Below the pieces are notes generated by a model. It made no database searches. It saw only the letters and a program-made list of their open reading frames with translations, and had not been told where the DNA came from. Below are positions 1 to 12,490 of a stretch of DNA of 64,000 nt, piece by piece. Position 1 is the stretch's first letter; each line of letters opens with the position of its first letter. The translations under genes and the position numbers were made by a program. Origin of the DNA: Antechinus flavipes (taxonomy: Eukaryota); assembly GCF_016432865.1 (NCBI RefSeq), contig NC_067401.1:37696001-37760000 (forward strand). Direction: 5' to 3'.

Positions 1-1161
1 CAGAAATTATGTCAATGACTTGTATTCTTAAGGATGTGCTCAGTCAGTTTTGGGGGAAGTTGTTCTGGCATCAAGACTATCTGTACTTAAATGAATCTAC
101 AGAATCTATACAACTTAATTTTCCTTCCAGAATTACCTGTAAGAAAGATATATGTTGATAAAATATTTATTCCTTGGTTTATATTCGAAGTAGCAAAACT
201 GAAAGTAAGAAAACATTGTTTTTCTGGTAGTTCTTGGGTAATGGGTATTGTTTAAGATACCTCAAGAGTCTGTATCTTGATGGTAGTGTCCCAGGGTGTT
301 TCTGCCTACACCAAGGAAAGTGTAGGATAAGGCTTAAGGGACTAATCTGCTGGGAGGCAGGTTCATTTCTGTGACCTAATCTGTATGAGCTGGGAACCAT
401 TCAGAAAGGAGATAGAATAAAGAGTTCTACATAGAAGGTTTTAAGCAGAAGAAATTTAGAAGAACTTTGAATCAGAAAGGAAGAGAGGCAAATGTAGCCA
501 CTTCCTAAAATCAAATTGGCTAATGAAAATGCCATTTAGGAAGGCTACTTTCTCAGGTGGCAAATAGATCTATTTAAAAAAAATGTTGAGTCAAGTAGTT
601 TGATTTGGCAACTAAACTGAGGTGAAAGGAAGGAGTAGTTACAGATGACCACTGGTTCTGAAATTTTCTTTGACTCACACTTTTATTTTACTTCTAACTT
701 TTTAAATGTGTTTGTAAGAGCTTATTTTCTACTGATAAATACTAAAAACCTTGCCAATTTGGGATTAAAAAAAGGAGAGAGAGGGCAAAAGCCGAGAGAA
801 AGGTAGCTTCAAGTGGCGATATCCATTTGACAGCAACATGAGAGAAGATAGTGAAGACTGATTTAGGGATCTGTTTCAAAGGCAAGGATAAACATATATA
901 GAAGGAATCAGGCAGGTCAAAGAGCTCCAGGGCATACTGGGATATTCTTTTCCTCAGTGCTGTGAACTTAGTGCATACTGGCTTTTATATTTATAGATTT
1001 CCACATAAACAAATTTAACTTGAGTAAAATCTTCTTTTGGGGATGAAAATAGTTTTTAGATATTAGGTACCATAATAGTGGCTGTTGATTTTAAATGTAA
1101 ATAAATTCTTAGCCTGATTTTTATGTATCTGCATTATCTTTCAGGCTGAATATACACAAAG

Positions 1162-1611
1162 ATGTCCTGCCAGCAAAGCCAGCAGCAGTGCCAGGCCCCT
1201 AAGTGCCCACCCAAGTGTCCTCCCAAGTGCCAGACTCCTAAGTGCCCACCCAAGTGTCCACCAAAGTGTCCCCCCAAGTGCCCTCCCAAGGCTCCATGCC
1301 CTCCTCCCACCTCTTCCTGCTGTGGTTCTAGTTCTGGAGGATGCTGCAGCTCTGGGGGATGCTGTGGTTCCAGCTCTGGGGGATGCTGCAGCTCTGGGGG
1401 ATGCTGTAGCTCTGGAGGATGCTGTGGCTCTGGTGGTGGCTGCTCCCTCTTTTCCCATCACAGGAGATCCCGCAGGAGCAGGCGCCAGAAAAATGACTGC
1501 TGTGACAGTGGCAGTGGGCATGGCCAACAGTCTGGGAGCTGCTGTGGGAGCTCTGGAGGTTGCTGTGGCAGCTCAGGAGGTTGCTGTGGCAGTTCTGGGG
1601 GCTGCTGCTGA
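1162..1611 (+). CDS. LCE: Late cornified envelope protein, gene 1 (149 aa, type A: PPKAPC / [11 protein letters not shown])
   Basis: [11 protein letters not shown] start, PPKC repeats, Cys/Gly/Ser-rich body, SHHRR motif and GGCC C-terminus are hallmarks of the LCE family. Acceptor-like ttatctttcag ends at 1144, 17 nt before the ATG. Exon 1 was not identified in the window. Subfamily number not assigned. Confidence 0.95.
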   Translation: MSCQQSQQQCQAPKCPPKCPPKCQTPKCPPKCPPKCPPKCPPKAPCPPPTSSCCGSSSGGCCSSGGCCGSSSGGCCSSGGCCSSGGCCGSGGGCSLFSHHRRSRRSRRQKNDCCDSGSGHGQQSGSCCGSSGGCCGSSGGCCGSSGGCC

Positions 1612-1827
1612 TCACTTTATTCTCTCTGCACCAAGAATCAGTAATGTGTAACCTTAGGCAAACAAGGACCCTACTTCAGTCTGCATTTGCCCCTCTTCCT
1701 CACTTAGCTCTCCTAGTTCCTTCCTAAGATTATCTGTATTGATCTGGCTTCCCATTTGCCCTTAATGACCCTGTACCTTGAATTTGCCTGGCCATGGTTA
1801 CACTACATCCCCTTGATCATTTGCAAC

Positions 1828-1833
1828 AATAAA
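1828..1833 (+). terminator. Polyadenylation signal of gene 1
   Basis: AATAAA in context gcaacAATAAA, ~217 nt after the stop; the other genes share this context. Confidence 0.8.
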
Positions 1834-2329
1834 TATATATTCACAACGACTTTGTCTGGACATGATTTTCTTTATATATATCATTATTGAGTCCTGCTCG
1901 TCATCTTTGGTCAAGTTACTGGCATCACAGCTTTGATTTTTAGAAGATAATTTAATGTATTTTTTTAAATCTCCACAAGCACATAAATTGTTAAATTATT
2001 TTCTCCTTAGATTCTATATAATTTTTTTCTGACTATGATATTTGCAATTCTTTCAATATTTCAATAATACTTCCCTAGTCATATCACTTCTTTCTCAGAC
2101 AGACTGGAAAAGGCCCTTAAAGGTAACCTTTCTCTAATGAATTGAATCAGGGATGGCTGTAGTATATGCCCCATTGTCTAGACTCAGGCTTCTGATGACT
2201 TTAGGTAATTGATAGAAGGGAAAGAGGCTTCATTTTCCACCAACATTTTCATAGACTCTTTTCTATGGAATGAGCCTATCTTTCCAAAGAAGGAGCTCTT
2301 CTTTGGAAGAAATCCTATTTTCGAGGAAA

Positions 2330-2575
2330 GAAGTAGAATTATTATTTTCAAAGTATCCAAGTATGCACATGTGGGTTTCTTTCTCTCCTTTAAGATCTCT
2401 TTGGGATAGAAACCCAGTAGAAACACTTCTGGGTCATAGGATATGCACATTTTGATAGCTCTTTGGGCATAGTTTGAAATTGCTCTCCAGAATGGTTGGA
2501 TCTCTTCACAACTCCACCAACAATGATACAACAGTAACCAAGTAACTATCATTGACTTTGCATGGCTTCATACCT
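2330..2575 (-). mobile_element. L1 ORF2 C-terminal fragment (degraded)
   Basis: Minus-strand translation WRAISNYAQRAIKMCISYDPEVFLLGFYPKEI resembles the L1 ORF2 C-terminal region. Ends approximate. Confidence 0.75.
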
Positions 2576-3484
2576 TCAGCCAGACCATAAAGGGGCTCTC
2601 TGCAGTACATTCCCCATTACTCTATAATTGTCCAGAGAATCCACAGTAATCTATAGTCTCATCAATGGTAATCTGTCATAATTCAAAGGTACTCAACAAC
2701 TTTGTCAATCAATAAACATGTATTAAGTTCCTCCTATGGAACAGACATTTTGCTATTGATTGGGTCTACAAAAATTAAAGTGTGCCTTTAAGGAGTTCAC
2801 AATAATCCATCTGTCCTCATTTTCCCTACAAGAATAGTATGAGGGACTTTATCATGATGCTTAAATAAAGTCTAAACACACTATGTCCACATCATTCTTC
2901 CATTAATCCACCATTTGAAGAATTTGATCAAAGAAGAGATATAAAAATATGTCTTGATCTGTTTTTGATAAAGCCATGATGGTCACTTGTGATAAATACT
3001 TCCTTTTTCCAATTGCTCACTAATTACCATTTAATAAGGTATTATAGAATGTTACCAGGAAGAAAAATCCTGGTCCCTGATCTCATAATTTATAGAATCC
3101 ATTTTCTTCCCTTTTTTGAAAGTTGGGTCAAATATCATTCCCTCCAATTTTTGTGGTGCCTTTCCTCTTATTGTGATTCTTTAAAGATTGCTGACAAGGG
3201 CTCTGTAATCACATCTTTCTGTTCTTTTAATACCTCATTCATTTGAGGTATATGACTTGAACTCAGTAAGATAAGTTTGGTGCTCACTTATTTTGGATAT
3301 CAAGATGCTATTATTCATATTTACAATGTACTTTCTGGATCAAAGCTCATTCTCTGGGTAATAGAAAGCAGAAGTCAGATGAAAAGCAAACTTTTCCTTC
3401 TAATTTTATTGTTCAAACACCCAGAGCAGGGGTCCCATATTTGCTTATATCCTGTTCTTTACCCCACTACGACTTTTTTTTAAG

Positions 3485-3511
3485 TGTTGTTGTTGTTGTT
3501 GTTGTTGTTTT
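3485..3511. repeat. (GTT)n microsatellite
   Basis: tgttgttgttgttgttgttgttgtt seen directly. Confidence 0.9.
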
Positions 3512-3780
3512 TTATTCTTCAATTTGGTTTGACCAGGCAAGACTAGACAAACTGATGATTCCACAAACCATGAAGTTAGAGCTATAGAGTTAGATAGTTT
3601 TCATTTTTTAGGTTTTTTTTAAATTTTACACTTTTCTGACATGTATGACTCTGGTAGGACAATGAAAAACCATGGATTAATTCATAAAGTGAGTTGGGGA
3701 AAAATTTAAGAAGGCCTTAGCATTCTAATATTGTGATTATCCATGTGCCAATCCCATCATCTTTTCATTAAATCCTTCGT

Positions 3781-3793
3781 TCTCTCTCTCTCT

Positions 3794-3826
<33 letters not shown>
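3781..3826. repeat. (TC)n(AC)n compound microsatellite
   Basis: Seen directly. Confidence 0.9.
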
Positions 3827-4295
3827 AGTATCAGTATAAGATCAAAAGAAGACTTTGAATTTGACAAGACAGTGTCTATATAGCCAAACAATTTTTGTCC
3901 CATATTAAAGGATTAATTTATGAGCCTTCACATTTCTTCATTGTCACTGTTTCAGACATTTCTGAAAATCTCTGTTTCAGACTTCCACCAGGTTGGTGAT
4001 AGATGATGTGGCTGATGCAGGTATTATTGTGGATTTAATGCAGAGACTGGAGATTTGGAAAATGCAGACAGTAAAGATGAATAGGATGACAGCTAGTCTA
4101 CAGGAGAACTTGTGACCTTCCACTATGACTAGACCTGGTTTTTCAGCTGCCCCCACCCAAAGACAGTGAAGGCTCCTTCCTGGGAAATAGGCTTTGGTAA
4201 TGCCATTCTGTCCCTTAGATCCTATCTTCCCTTGTAAAGACATGTTGATGATAGATGAATTTGGCATAAATGGATGCTAGCAATTACAGATGATA

Positions 4296-4491
4296 GTTTC
4301 AATGAAACTTTATTAGTCAATCACTCAATAAATACATGTTTATTTCATGTGAAGCTCTATTCAGTGGGAATCTGCATGTAAGCTACTGGCAGGGTTTCAA
4401 TGAAACTTTATTAGTCAATCACTCAATAAATACATGCTTATTTCATGTGAAGCTCTATTCAGTGGGAATCTGCATGTAAGCTACTGGCAGG
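4296..4491. repeat. 98 bp x2 direct tandem duplication
   Basis: gtttcaatgaaac...ctactggcagg occurs at 4296-4393 and 4394-4491 with one mismatch (catgTtta vs catgCtta). Confidence 0.95.
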
Positions 4492-5039
4492 ACACACTAA
4501 TCCTTGCTCAGGAGGAGCTTTACAATCTATAGGGAAGATAAATTCACATAGAAGGAAATAATGGAGAAATGGGATTGATCAGTAAATGATTAAAGTCCAA
4601 ATGAGAAAGAGGAGTGATGGTATCAGAGGTTTCAGAGGAGGGAAAGATCAGTGAGGATTGAAATATTCTGGGTGTTTTCTGGAAGAGTTAGGAATTGGTT
4701 AAAGCTTTTGCAATATGCAATCTTCCTTCCCTTCTTTCCTCTTTTTTATCTGTGATAGTTCTGGAGAATTCTCTGGTTCTCCCTGCAAAATGTAACTGCC
4801 TCTGACTCTCTGTCAGTATCTTCTTAGGTCCATGTCACAAATGCAAGGTTCCCTAGTCTATGAAGTCCTAAACAAAAGCCTGTAATTCCTATGCTTGGTC
4901 GAACATGTTTTTTCAGATATTGCTAAGATAGAGAAAGGGATTCTCCAAAGGTATTGGATAACATGATTTTTCCAATGGATGATTTAAAAGAGAAAGAAAT
5001 GCCTCTATTAAAATAAACATGACCCTATATATGTGCATG

Positions 5040-5226
5040 TTTGTTTATTGTATACAATACACACATATGTACATACATGTGTGGTCTCTGTGCACACTTG
5101 CATGTCTGCTTATGTGTGCACACATCCATGTGTATGTGTTTATGTATATATATATATATCTACATATCTACACACACATATCTATGTTCAAGTTAGGCAT
5201 ATATATATGTAATGTATATGTATATG
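5040..5226. repeat. TA/CA/TG-rich low-complexity tract
   Basis: Alternating purine-pyrimidine degenerate repeat seen directly. Confidence 0.8.
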
Positions 5227-6395
5227 TAAAGCCTGAATCTATAATTTCACTAGTATATAGGAGAAAACTCATAGGTAAGGGAAATATTACTATCAAATAA
5301 CTTGGAAACCTTTTCCATCTATAGCTTAGAGTTTTAAAGAGTTATTTCAAGTTTCAAGGTTCAAAAAAGTGCTGTGCTTTCTTACAACTCCTTTCTTAGT
5401 ATAGTTGAGTTATCATGGTACATTTCCTTTTGGAGGAAAAAAATCAACTTCATTAATCAGGAATATAATAATGAAACTGCCTGCTGAGATGAAATACTAG
5501 CAGATATGAGCATGTCAGGCTCTGTGTTGAATTGTTGCTCAGTGGAATAGGTGCCTTGATCCAGATTGATAGTGGACATGGGAATTAATTCACAATCTCT
5601 ACTCTTCTTATAAGAACATAATTTTAATTATTAAATTGAGAGTAGGACATATTATGCCCTGATGAGCACTAACATTCTTTACAAACACCTGTATACAATG
5701 GGAAGAATTAACTAAATTCCTAACCTCAAAGAGAGGTGACTTTGAAGTGCACTGTTCTGTTTTTGCCAGATCCTGGATCTTTCATCCAGCTAAATGGAAT
5801 CAGTAAAAATAAAATTTCCATAGCCCCATTCTTCAAGTCTCTCTTATATCCAAATATGCAACTGATTACTTAGCCCATTGGGAACCACTTGCAAAGTTGC
5901 CCATTCATCCATCATTTCCCTTTACTGGCATAATAGCTGTCACAAATATCAGAATAGTGCTGACTCTCAAGTACTTATACTATCCATGATTATGATACAA
6001 TCCCACCTCTAGTCATCAGGTATTACAAATGTGACTCAAATAAGAGTAGGAAGAGTCTTCTGCCCATTTCACCTAGGCTAGAGTACTACTTCTATCAATG
6101 GTCTTCTCCCAAACCAAACTTACTGTTGAGAGAGTGTCAGAAATAAAAATTCAATGAAGTACTGTATATGGTGATACAGCTGGAGAGGTAGCATGGTGTA
6201 TCAAGAGTGGCCTTAGGGTCAGGAACATGTGAATCCAAACCAAGCCTTTGACATTTTGGCCAAGATGCAATCTTTCAGTAACCCAAGAAGTTCTCTAAAA
6301 TAGTAAGTTGTAAAATGGTGGCTGATCTGATCTGATTTGGAAAAGGAAATTTGTTCACGAGATGTTGCTTATGCTTATACAATCATAGCATTGCC

Positions 6396-6424
6396 CGGGG
6401 AGGGGGGGGGGGGAGAGCGAGAGT

Positions 6425-6480
<56 letters not shown>

Positions 6481-6546
6481 GAGGAGGGGAGAGGAGGGAG
6501 GAGGGAGAGAGGAGGAAGGGGGAGGGAGGGAGATGAGATGAGATGA
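6396..6546. repeat. G-run, (GA)n and GGAG-rich polypurine tract
   Basis: Nearly pure purine on the + strand, seen directly. Confidence 0.9.
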
Positions 6547-6930
6547 GTGGAAGAATGGATATACAGGCAGACAGATTAGGTATATGGAGTAGTAAGTAGT
6601 AGTAAGGGGAGTTACAAGATATCTCCTGTGAGGTGTGAAGAGGGAATTAATGTAATCCAACTTTTGAAATATTTTAATGGTGGTTTTGGACATCTAGGCA
6701 CAGGACCAACATTAGCTATTTATCTGCCCTACTGGATGGCCTCTAGAAGTAGCTATATGTCAGATATGTTTAAAAGAAAGTACCATCAACTCACACCGCT
6801 CATTTAGAACAAAAACCAGTGCATTTGTCTCTTAAACATGCAAAGATGAGATTGAAGACTCTTGACCAGGGAGGAAGTGTCCTAAGACACAGAAAAAAAG
6901 ACAATGACCATAGAATACTATGAAAGTGAA

Positions 6931-6936
6931 TTTATT
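6931..6936 (-). terminator. Polyadenylation signal of gene 2
   Basis: tttatt on + is AATAAA on -, context gcaaaAATAAA, ~215 nt after the stop. Confidence 0.8.
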
Positions 6937-7150
6937 TTTGCAAATAATAATTGAAAAAATAGAATTGAGGTCAGACAGGTTCAAAACACAGAATCAGTAA
7001 AAGACTTGAGGAGACCAAGATCCACACAGATCTTCTTAGGGAGATGTAAGGTAAATGAAGAAGGAAGATAAACTTAGATTGAGGCAGGGTCATTGTTAGC
7101 TTTTGTTTGGTTCCATATTGTTAATTCTTGGTGTAGAGAGAATCAGATGA

Positions 7151-7564
7151 TCAGCAGCAGCCCCCAGAGCTTCCACAGCAACCCCCAGAGCTTCCACAGC
7201 AGCCTCCAGAGCTGCCACAGCAGCCTCCAGACTGCTGGCTGCGCCCACTGCCACTGTCACAGCAGTCATTCCTCTGGCGCCTGCTCCTATGGGATCTCCT
7301 GTGATGGGAAAAGAGGCAGCAGCCACCCCCAGAGCCAGAGCTGCAGCATCCCCCAGAGCTGCAGCATCCCCCAGAGCTGCAGCATCCTCCAGAGCTAGAG
7401 CCACAGCAGGAAGAGACTGGTGGAGGGCATGGAGCCTTGGGGGGACACTTGGGAGGACATTTGGGAGGGCATTTAGGAGGACATTTTGGTGTCTGGCACT
7501 TAGATGGGCACTTGGGTGGGCATTTAGGAGCCTGGCACTGCTGTTGACTTTGCTGGCAGGACAT
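7151..7564 (-). CDS. LCE: Late cornified envelope protein, gene 2 (137 aa, type A / mosaic)
   Basis: True start taken as MSCQQ (ATG at 7564-7562). The 10 extra codons in the ORF track cross the splice acceptor ctttcag (AG at 7585-7584). All LCE hallmark motifs are intact. Confidence 0.95.
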   Translation of the reverse strand: MSCQQSQQQCQAPKCPPKCPSKCQTPKCPPKCPPKCPPKCPPKAPCPPPVSSCCGSSSGGCCSSGGCCSSGGCCSSGSGGGCCLFSHHRRSHRSRRQRNDCCDSGSGRSQQSGGCCGSSGGCCGSSGGCCGSSGGCC

Positions 7565-9817
7565 TTCTGTGTTAGAGTTCAACCTGAAAGACAATATAGA
7601 AGAGATATTAAACTTAAGTTAGTAATTTATTTTCATTTGGGAATCAACTTCTGTTGTCAATTATAGACTAGAACCAGGTGAAAAAGAAAGCTATATTCTA
7701 CAATGGAAAAATCACAGATGCTGGAGTCAAATGGGTTCAAATCTCCCCATTAGCCATTTAGTATTCATGTGACATTGGACAAGTCTTTTGCCATTTCTGT
7801 ACCTCATTTGATTCTTCACCTATAAAATGAAGGGGTCACATTAGATCCAAGCTCTTTCTAACTCTATCTTATTACTACAATTAAATTTGTTTAGATTAGA
7901 ATTTGTAATCAGGGATGAGCCCATATGAAGAAAATGCAGGCAGGACTTATTGAATCCCGAGCATTCAGAGAAGACATATCCCAGTATACCCATGGACTGA
8001 GATCCTCTTATTGCTTTTTCTTATCTCATCCATCTGACCAACTCCACTCTGAGAAAATTCCACATCACCCACCATTCATCCATCTCTCTTCTTTCCTTTG
8101 TAAAATTTCATTATAATTTGAAGTTCCCTCTCTATGAGTGTTTACTCTCTATTTTCTTAGTACCATGACAACAACAACATAATTATATGCCAGGGAAAGA
8201 GTAAATATCTAAAATGCATATAAATGGTTCAGAAAATTATGCAAATGAAGAAAGTACATACGCAGATATCCCTCCCATGATTTCAGTAATTGACCATGAA
8301 AGCTGATTGGTCCAAAGTTTCCTTCCTAGGTGGACCCCAAATATCTGACTATCTGGGGAAAGAAGCTGGTAATCCAATCCAATTTAATCAATCAGTGTTT
8401 GTTCAACTATAACAATGGATTAAGCAGTTAGTATATAAAGACCAATTGAAAGAAAGCCCTCAAAGAGATTGCATTTGACTAGGAGAAGTCATCAAAGAAG
8501 AATGTCCATGATATTTTGACAAAGATGAAAGATTCAAGGCAAGATGAATTAAACCCTTAAAGAGAGAGAGAGAGTAGGAGCAAATGTATCCCAGAAATGA
8601 AGGATTGGCAACTTGTGCATAGATACAAGAAAATAAAGTTCAATCTTTCTTCCTGGTTGTTATGTGTCACAGTCATCTTATTTTCATAGAGCTGACAATT
8701 GTGATTAAATTCAATATGAACACATTTGTTCCTATCTCAAACTTCTTACCCCCAGGAAGCTTTGGGAGGACCCTTGGCCTTCTCTTTTTCTGGTTGGTTT
8801 GACCCACCTCATTACTAGAGCCATCGAAATGGATGTATCCCCCATCAATCAGGCCCAACAATTTTGGCTAGCCACTTCCCTAATATTCTGACCACAGACC
8901 TTTGACATGAATGTTAACAGTTCTATGATCCAGTACTCCTGTAACCAAGACTATATTACTAAATCCTACCTATACCATGTATATTTGTTAACATTGGCAA
9001 TACTGACTACTAAAATTTGTCAGAAACTAAAATTTCCTTACAATGAGTTGTACTATTTCAAAGGTAAGCTTACATTAATCAGTTAATAAATATTGAATTT
9101 GCATATGAAAGACTTTACTAAAACATAGCAATGACAATAATGAAGTAGTCCCTGTCCTCAAGGAACTTAAATCTTATCAGTCTTCTATCAATATAGATTT
9201 ATCTATTTGTAATTCAAAGCTAGCTAAATTGTACAGAATGGATGCTTGTTGAATCTCTACCCACAAGTGACTGAATGAATGAAAAAAAAAAGCATTTATT
9301 AAGCACTTGCTATGGCATTATTGTGATTAGACACTGTGCCAAATGCTAGAGATACACATGCAAAAAAGAGATCATCTCTCTTCTCAAGGAATTTATATTC
9401 TAGTAGTAGGAGTCAACAAATAAAAGAATTTATTAGCCTGTTTCACACAAGTTTGCTACTCCTATCATTGGCAAAGTTTGTGGAAATGCAAGCCCCAGAT
9501 CCTCACTTCCTCTCTACACACTAGGCTTATACCTTATAGTTCTCTAAAGAGACCCAGATTTTTCCTTGGTTGGTCTAGAAAAGTCTAGACTCTAGGACAA
9601 TCCACAATACAAGCTTCCATCCTTCCTTTCTCATTCTGGTTAACCATGCTCTATTTTTTTCTCATCTCTCTGGCTTTCAGCTTTATCTTTATTCCTTCTC
9701 CCTTCTCTCCTTTCCTACTCCATCCTTTCTTGCCTTCACTCCCAATTCAGAAATATAATGTTCAAAGCAAATTCTTCCCCATCAATGAGCATCTGCACAG
9801 GGTTTGGAAACACTTAC

Positions 9818-9887
9818 CTTGATCACCGAGACTTGTCCTTGAAGATACAGATTGGGTGAAGAGCCAATGCCAGGTACATCTTTTATA
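9818..9887 (-). promoter_or_regulatory. Gene 2 TATA box (9881-9887) and non-coding exon 1 (~9857 to 9818); intron 7584-9817
   Basis: TATAAAA on -, then gtgatcaag|gtaagtg donor, matching the gtgatcaag|gt junction of the paralogs. TSS estimated from TATA spacing. Confidence 0.8.
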
Positions 9888-12245
9888 GGAGATCCTTAGA
9901 CTAGTCTGTGCCATGAGACATAATCTGATGGGAGGAGAAGGTTCTCTCACAATCCAAGGCATGTGCCAGCTAAATCCCACATGACACACAATTCTTGACA
10001 TTCCTCAGCTCTTCTGTTCTTTCCAGGTAGATCACGGTAGCTTGCTTTTTTTTTTTTTTTAAACAATCAAAGGGTCTCTCTAGATGTCACATCGAGAAAG
10101 TTGAAGTTTTTCCTCAGGACAGGAGGTTTCCCTCTTTCTTGTTGAGAATACTTTTCTCATTCTCTTCTTCATCAAGACAGCCTAGGGGACTTCTGTGAAG
10201 TTCTGTCATAAATAGTTCTCTTCCATCCTATCATCTGAATCTTCATTTCCTCAACCTAACGCAGATACCTGGGAAAGTGTTTGATTATTGTCCTTCCCTA
10301 GAAACCCTTTTCCTTATGCCCTTTGTTTCCTAGCTTTTCCTAGAGCTTCTTCTGTGTAGCTTCGTTCAAATTCCTAACCTTCACTTTTGCTCACCATTGC
10401 CTTGTTCAGGGTGAAATTCAGTCCATCCTCTTCCTGAGAAGCATCAGTAATAGAACTTTTTCTAAATTTAAAGACAGATAAATAATTTAGGGATAGGTCC
10501 TTTCCCACTCCCATATCTAAATCAAGTATTTCTTTTTAAGTGCTGTATAAAGAACAAAAAGAACTCATCAAATACTGTTTATTGTACTTGATCATCTTTT
10601 GGGGGTGCCCCTCTAGAGGAATTCCAAAATGGGCTTCAGAAGGATCTCAGAACCATTACTTAAAATGGCTGCATAGACTGGTTAAAACATGACAAGTTGA
10701 AGTCATAACCTAGTCAAGTGGTACCATGTTATCAACTATTCATTTTCTAGTAGTTCCTTATTTTTTGACATTCTGTTGGCATTTGTGACCTTGCTAGGTG
10801 CAATGAAACTTGCTAGGTCACACTGGACAGAAGTTGGGGGTATAGTAGAGCAGGAAATATTTTATATCCTTGACCCTGTGAGTACCCATCTGACCCTTCA
10901 GTTATTTTCTCATAAAGCCTTCACCCAAACCACATCCAAAAGACTTGCACAGACATATGAGGAATGATTTTAAAATCAAAGGACAAATTTTAGTTAATAA
11001 ACCAAATCTTGTATCTCCAAAATTAATTTCTTTCCCTTCTAAATAATTACCTTGAGAACCAGCATACTTATTTATTGACACTGATCCAAACATTTCTGGG
11101 AATTCTTATTTGGAAGCGCCAAGATGATGATGATGTGTATGATGACATCAGTGGTATGACTAATGATAATATAGCTGTAGATGTTGAGGATGCTGGGGCA
11201 TCAAGATGGTAGAGGTTAGGATGATGAAAACCAAGCATCCAGTATAGCTTATGAGTAATCCTCGTGACCCATACAAGGTTCATGCACTATGAGACACTTC
11301 TGTGCCTACTATCCACAGATATGAGGTCTATCTTGGAAACTTTGCCACCCTTTCTCCTTTTTATATTCCTAGTTGGTTTTTTCTCTTTGTCAAAAGTTAA
11401 ATTATTCAGAAGAAGAGATTATAGACAAAATGAAGAGGTAAAATGGATACCAGGAGTGATAAATATGAAATGATTTGGGAGAGCAATAGAGTTACCAAGG
11501 AAAAGAGTTTGGAAGAATCCATGAAAGGAATATGCCATAAGGCCTGAGTATGCCATTGACTGGCAGATTAAATCCAGAAAGGACTTCAGCAGGTTATCAG
11601 AGTTAACAATAAGGAGAAAAATGCCATTAAAGGGAAGGCACTATGAGGAGGGAAGGAAAGAGTACCTCACAAGTGGGCTTAGACCTAAAAACTTACCTTT
11701 CTAGTTGTAAGGCTTCCATGACAGTTATTGTTTCAGCTCAGTTACAGATCAACATTTATAGTTTCAATGCCATTATAGACTTCAATTCTATTATTTGATC
11801 AATTAACAAATATTTACTGTTCATCTATTGAACGTAAAGTTCAAGGTCAGCCTTTATGGGGTACCAACATGAGTAAAATTTGATCCATATTCTCATAGAA
11901 TTTACAATCTAATGTGTATGGCAAAAGACCTATATGAGACAGAGAAGTGAATTACAATTGAGGCAACAAGATGAGAGATGACACAGAACAGAAAATTAAT
12001 AATGGCTAGCCAGGAGGTATAAATGAGGAAATCTGGAATTTTAGAAGAGTACACTCAGGGACAACCTCAGATATCTTTATGGAACAGGTGAAACTATAAT
12101 AAATTTGTGAATTGGCCCTCTTATTTGTCTCCTCATCCCTTCTACCTATTCTTAATTGATAATTCCAGAGTTTTACAGGAAATGCTGCCAATCCCTCCCA
12201 TTTTTGATTTTCTAGGAAGCATCTCAAGCTAATTTGAGCATTGTT

Positions 12246-12490
12246 GTTCAGTCATTTTCCCAACTGAGTCCAACTGTTTGCGACTCTATTCAGTTTTCCT
12301 GGAAAAGATACAGGAGTGGTTTATCATTTCCTTTTCCAGCTCATTTTACAGATGAGGAACTGAGGCAAACATGGTTAAGTGATTTACCAGGGTAGCACAG
12401 TTAATGAGCGTCTGGGATTTGAACTCAAGGAGATGAGTCTTCCTGATTTGAAGCCCAGTGCTCTATGCACTATGGCTTCACCTAGCTGTC
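12246..12490 (-). mobile_element. MAR1-like (CORE/MIR-related) SINE
   Basis: cattttacagatgaggaactgaggc core, tail ttcagtcatttt..., head ccacctagctg. Family recognised from memory. Confidence 0.75.

Noticed and set aside
880-960. catatatagaa at ~893-903 as the gene 1 TATA box
   Set aside because: No exon 1-like sequence or gtgatcaag|gt donor follows. Gene 1 exon 1 probably lies left of the window.
1162-1611. Possible keratin-associated protein, metallothionein or SPRR identity for the Cys-rich ORFs
   Set aside because: The MSCQQ-QQQCQ head, PPKC repeats, SHHRR core, GGCC tail and two-exon layout together fit LCE better.
7565-7594. N-terminal extensions [10 protein letters not shown] (gene 2) and [11 protein letters not shown] (gene 7, 53569-53601)
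   Set aside because: They begin at a TTG inside the intron and cross the conserved splice acceptor. The family start is MSCQQ.
11120-11235. Degenerate (GAT)n tracts, here and at ~19925, 28450, 38270 and 59008, as acidic coding exons
   Set aside because: No consistent frame or splice sites; they behave as decayed trinucleotide repeats carried along by the duplications.
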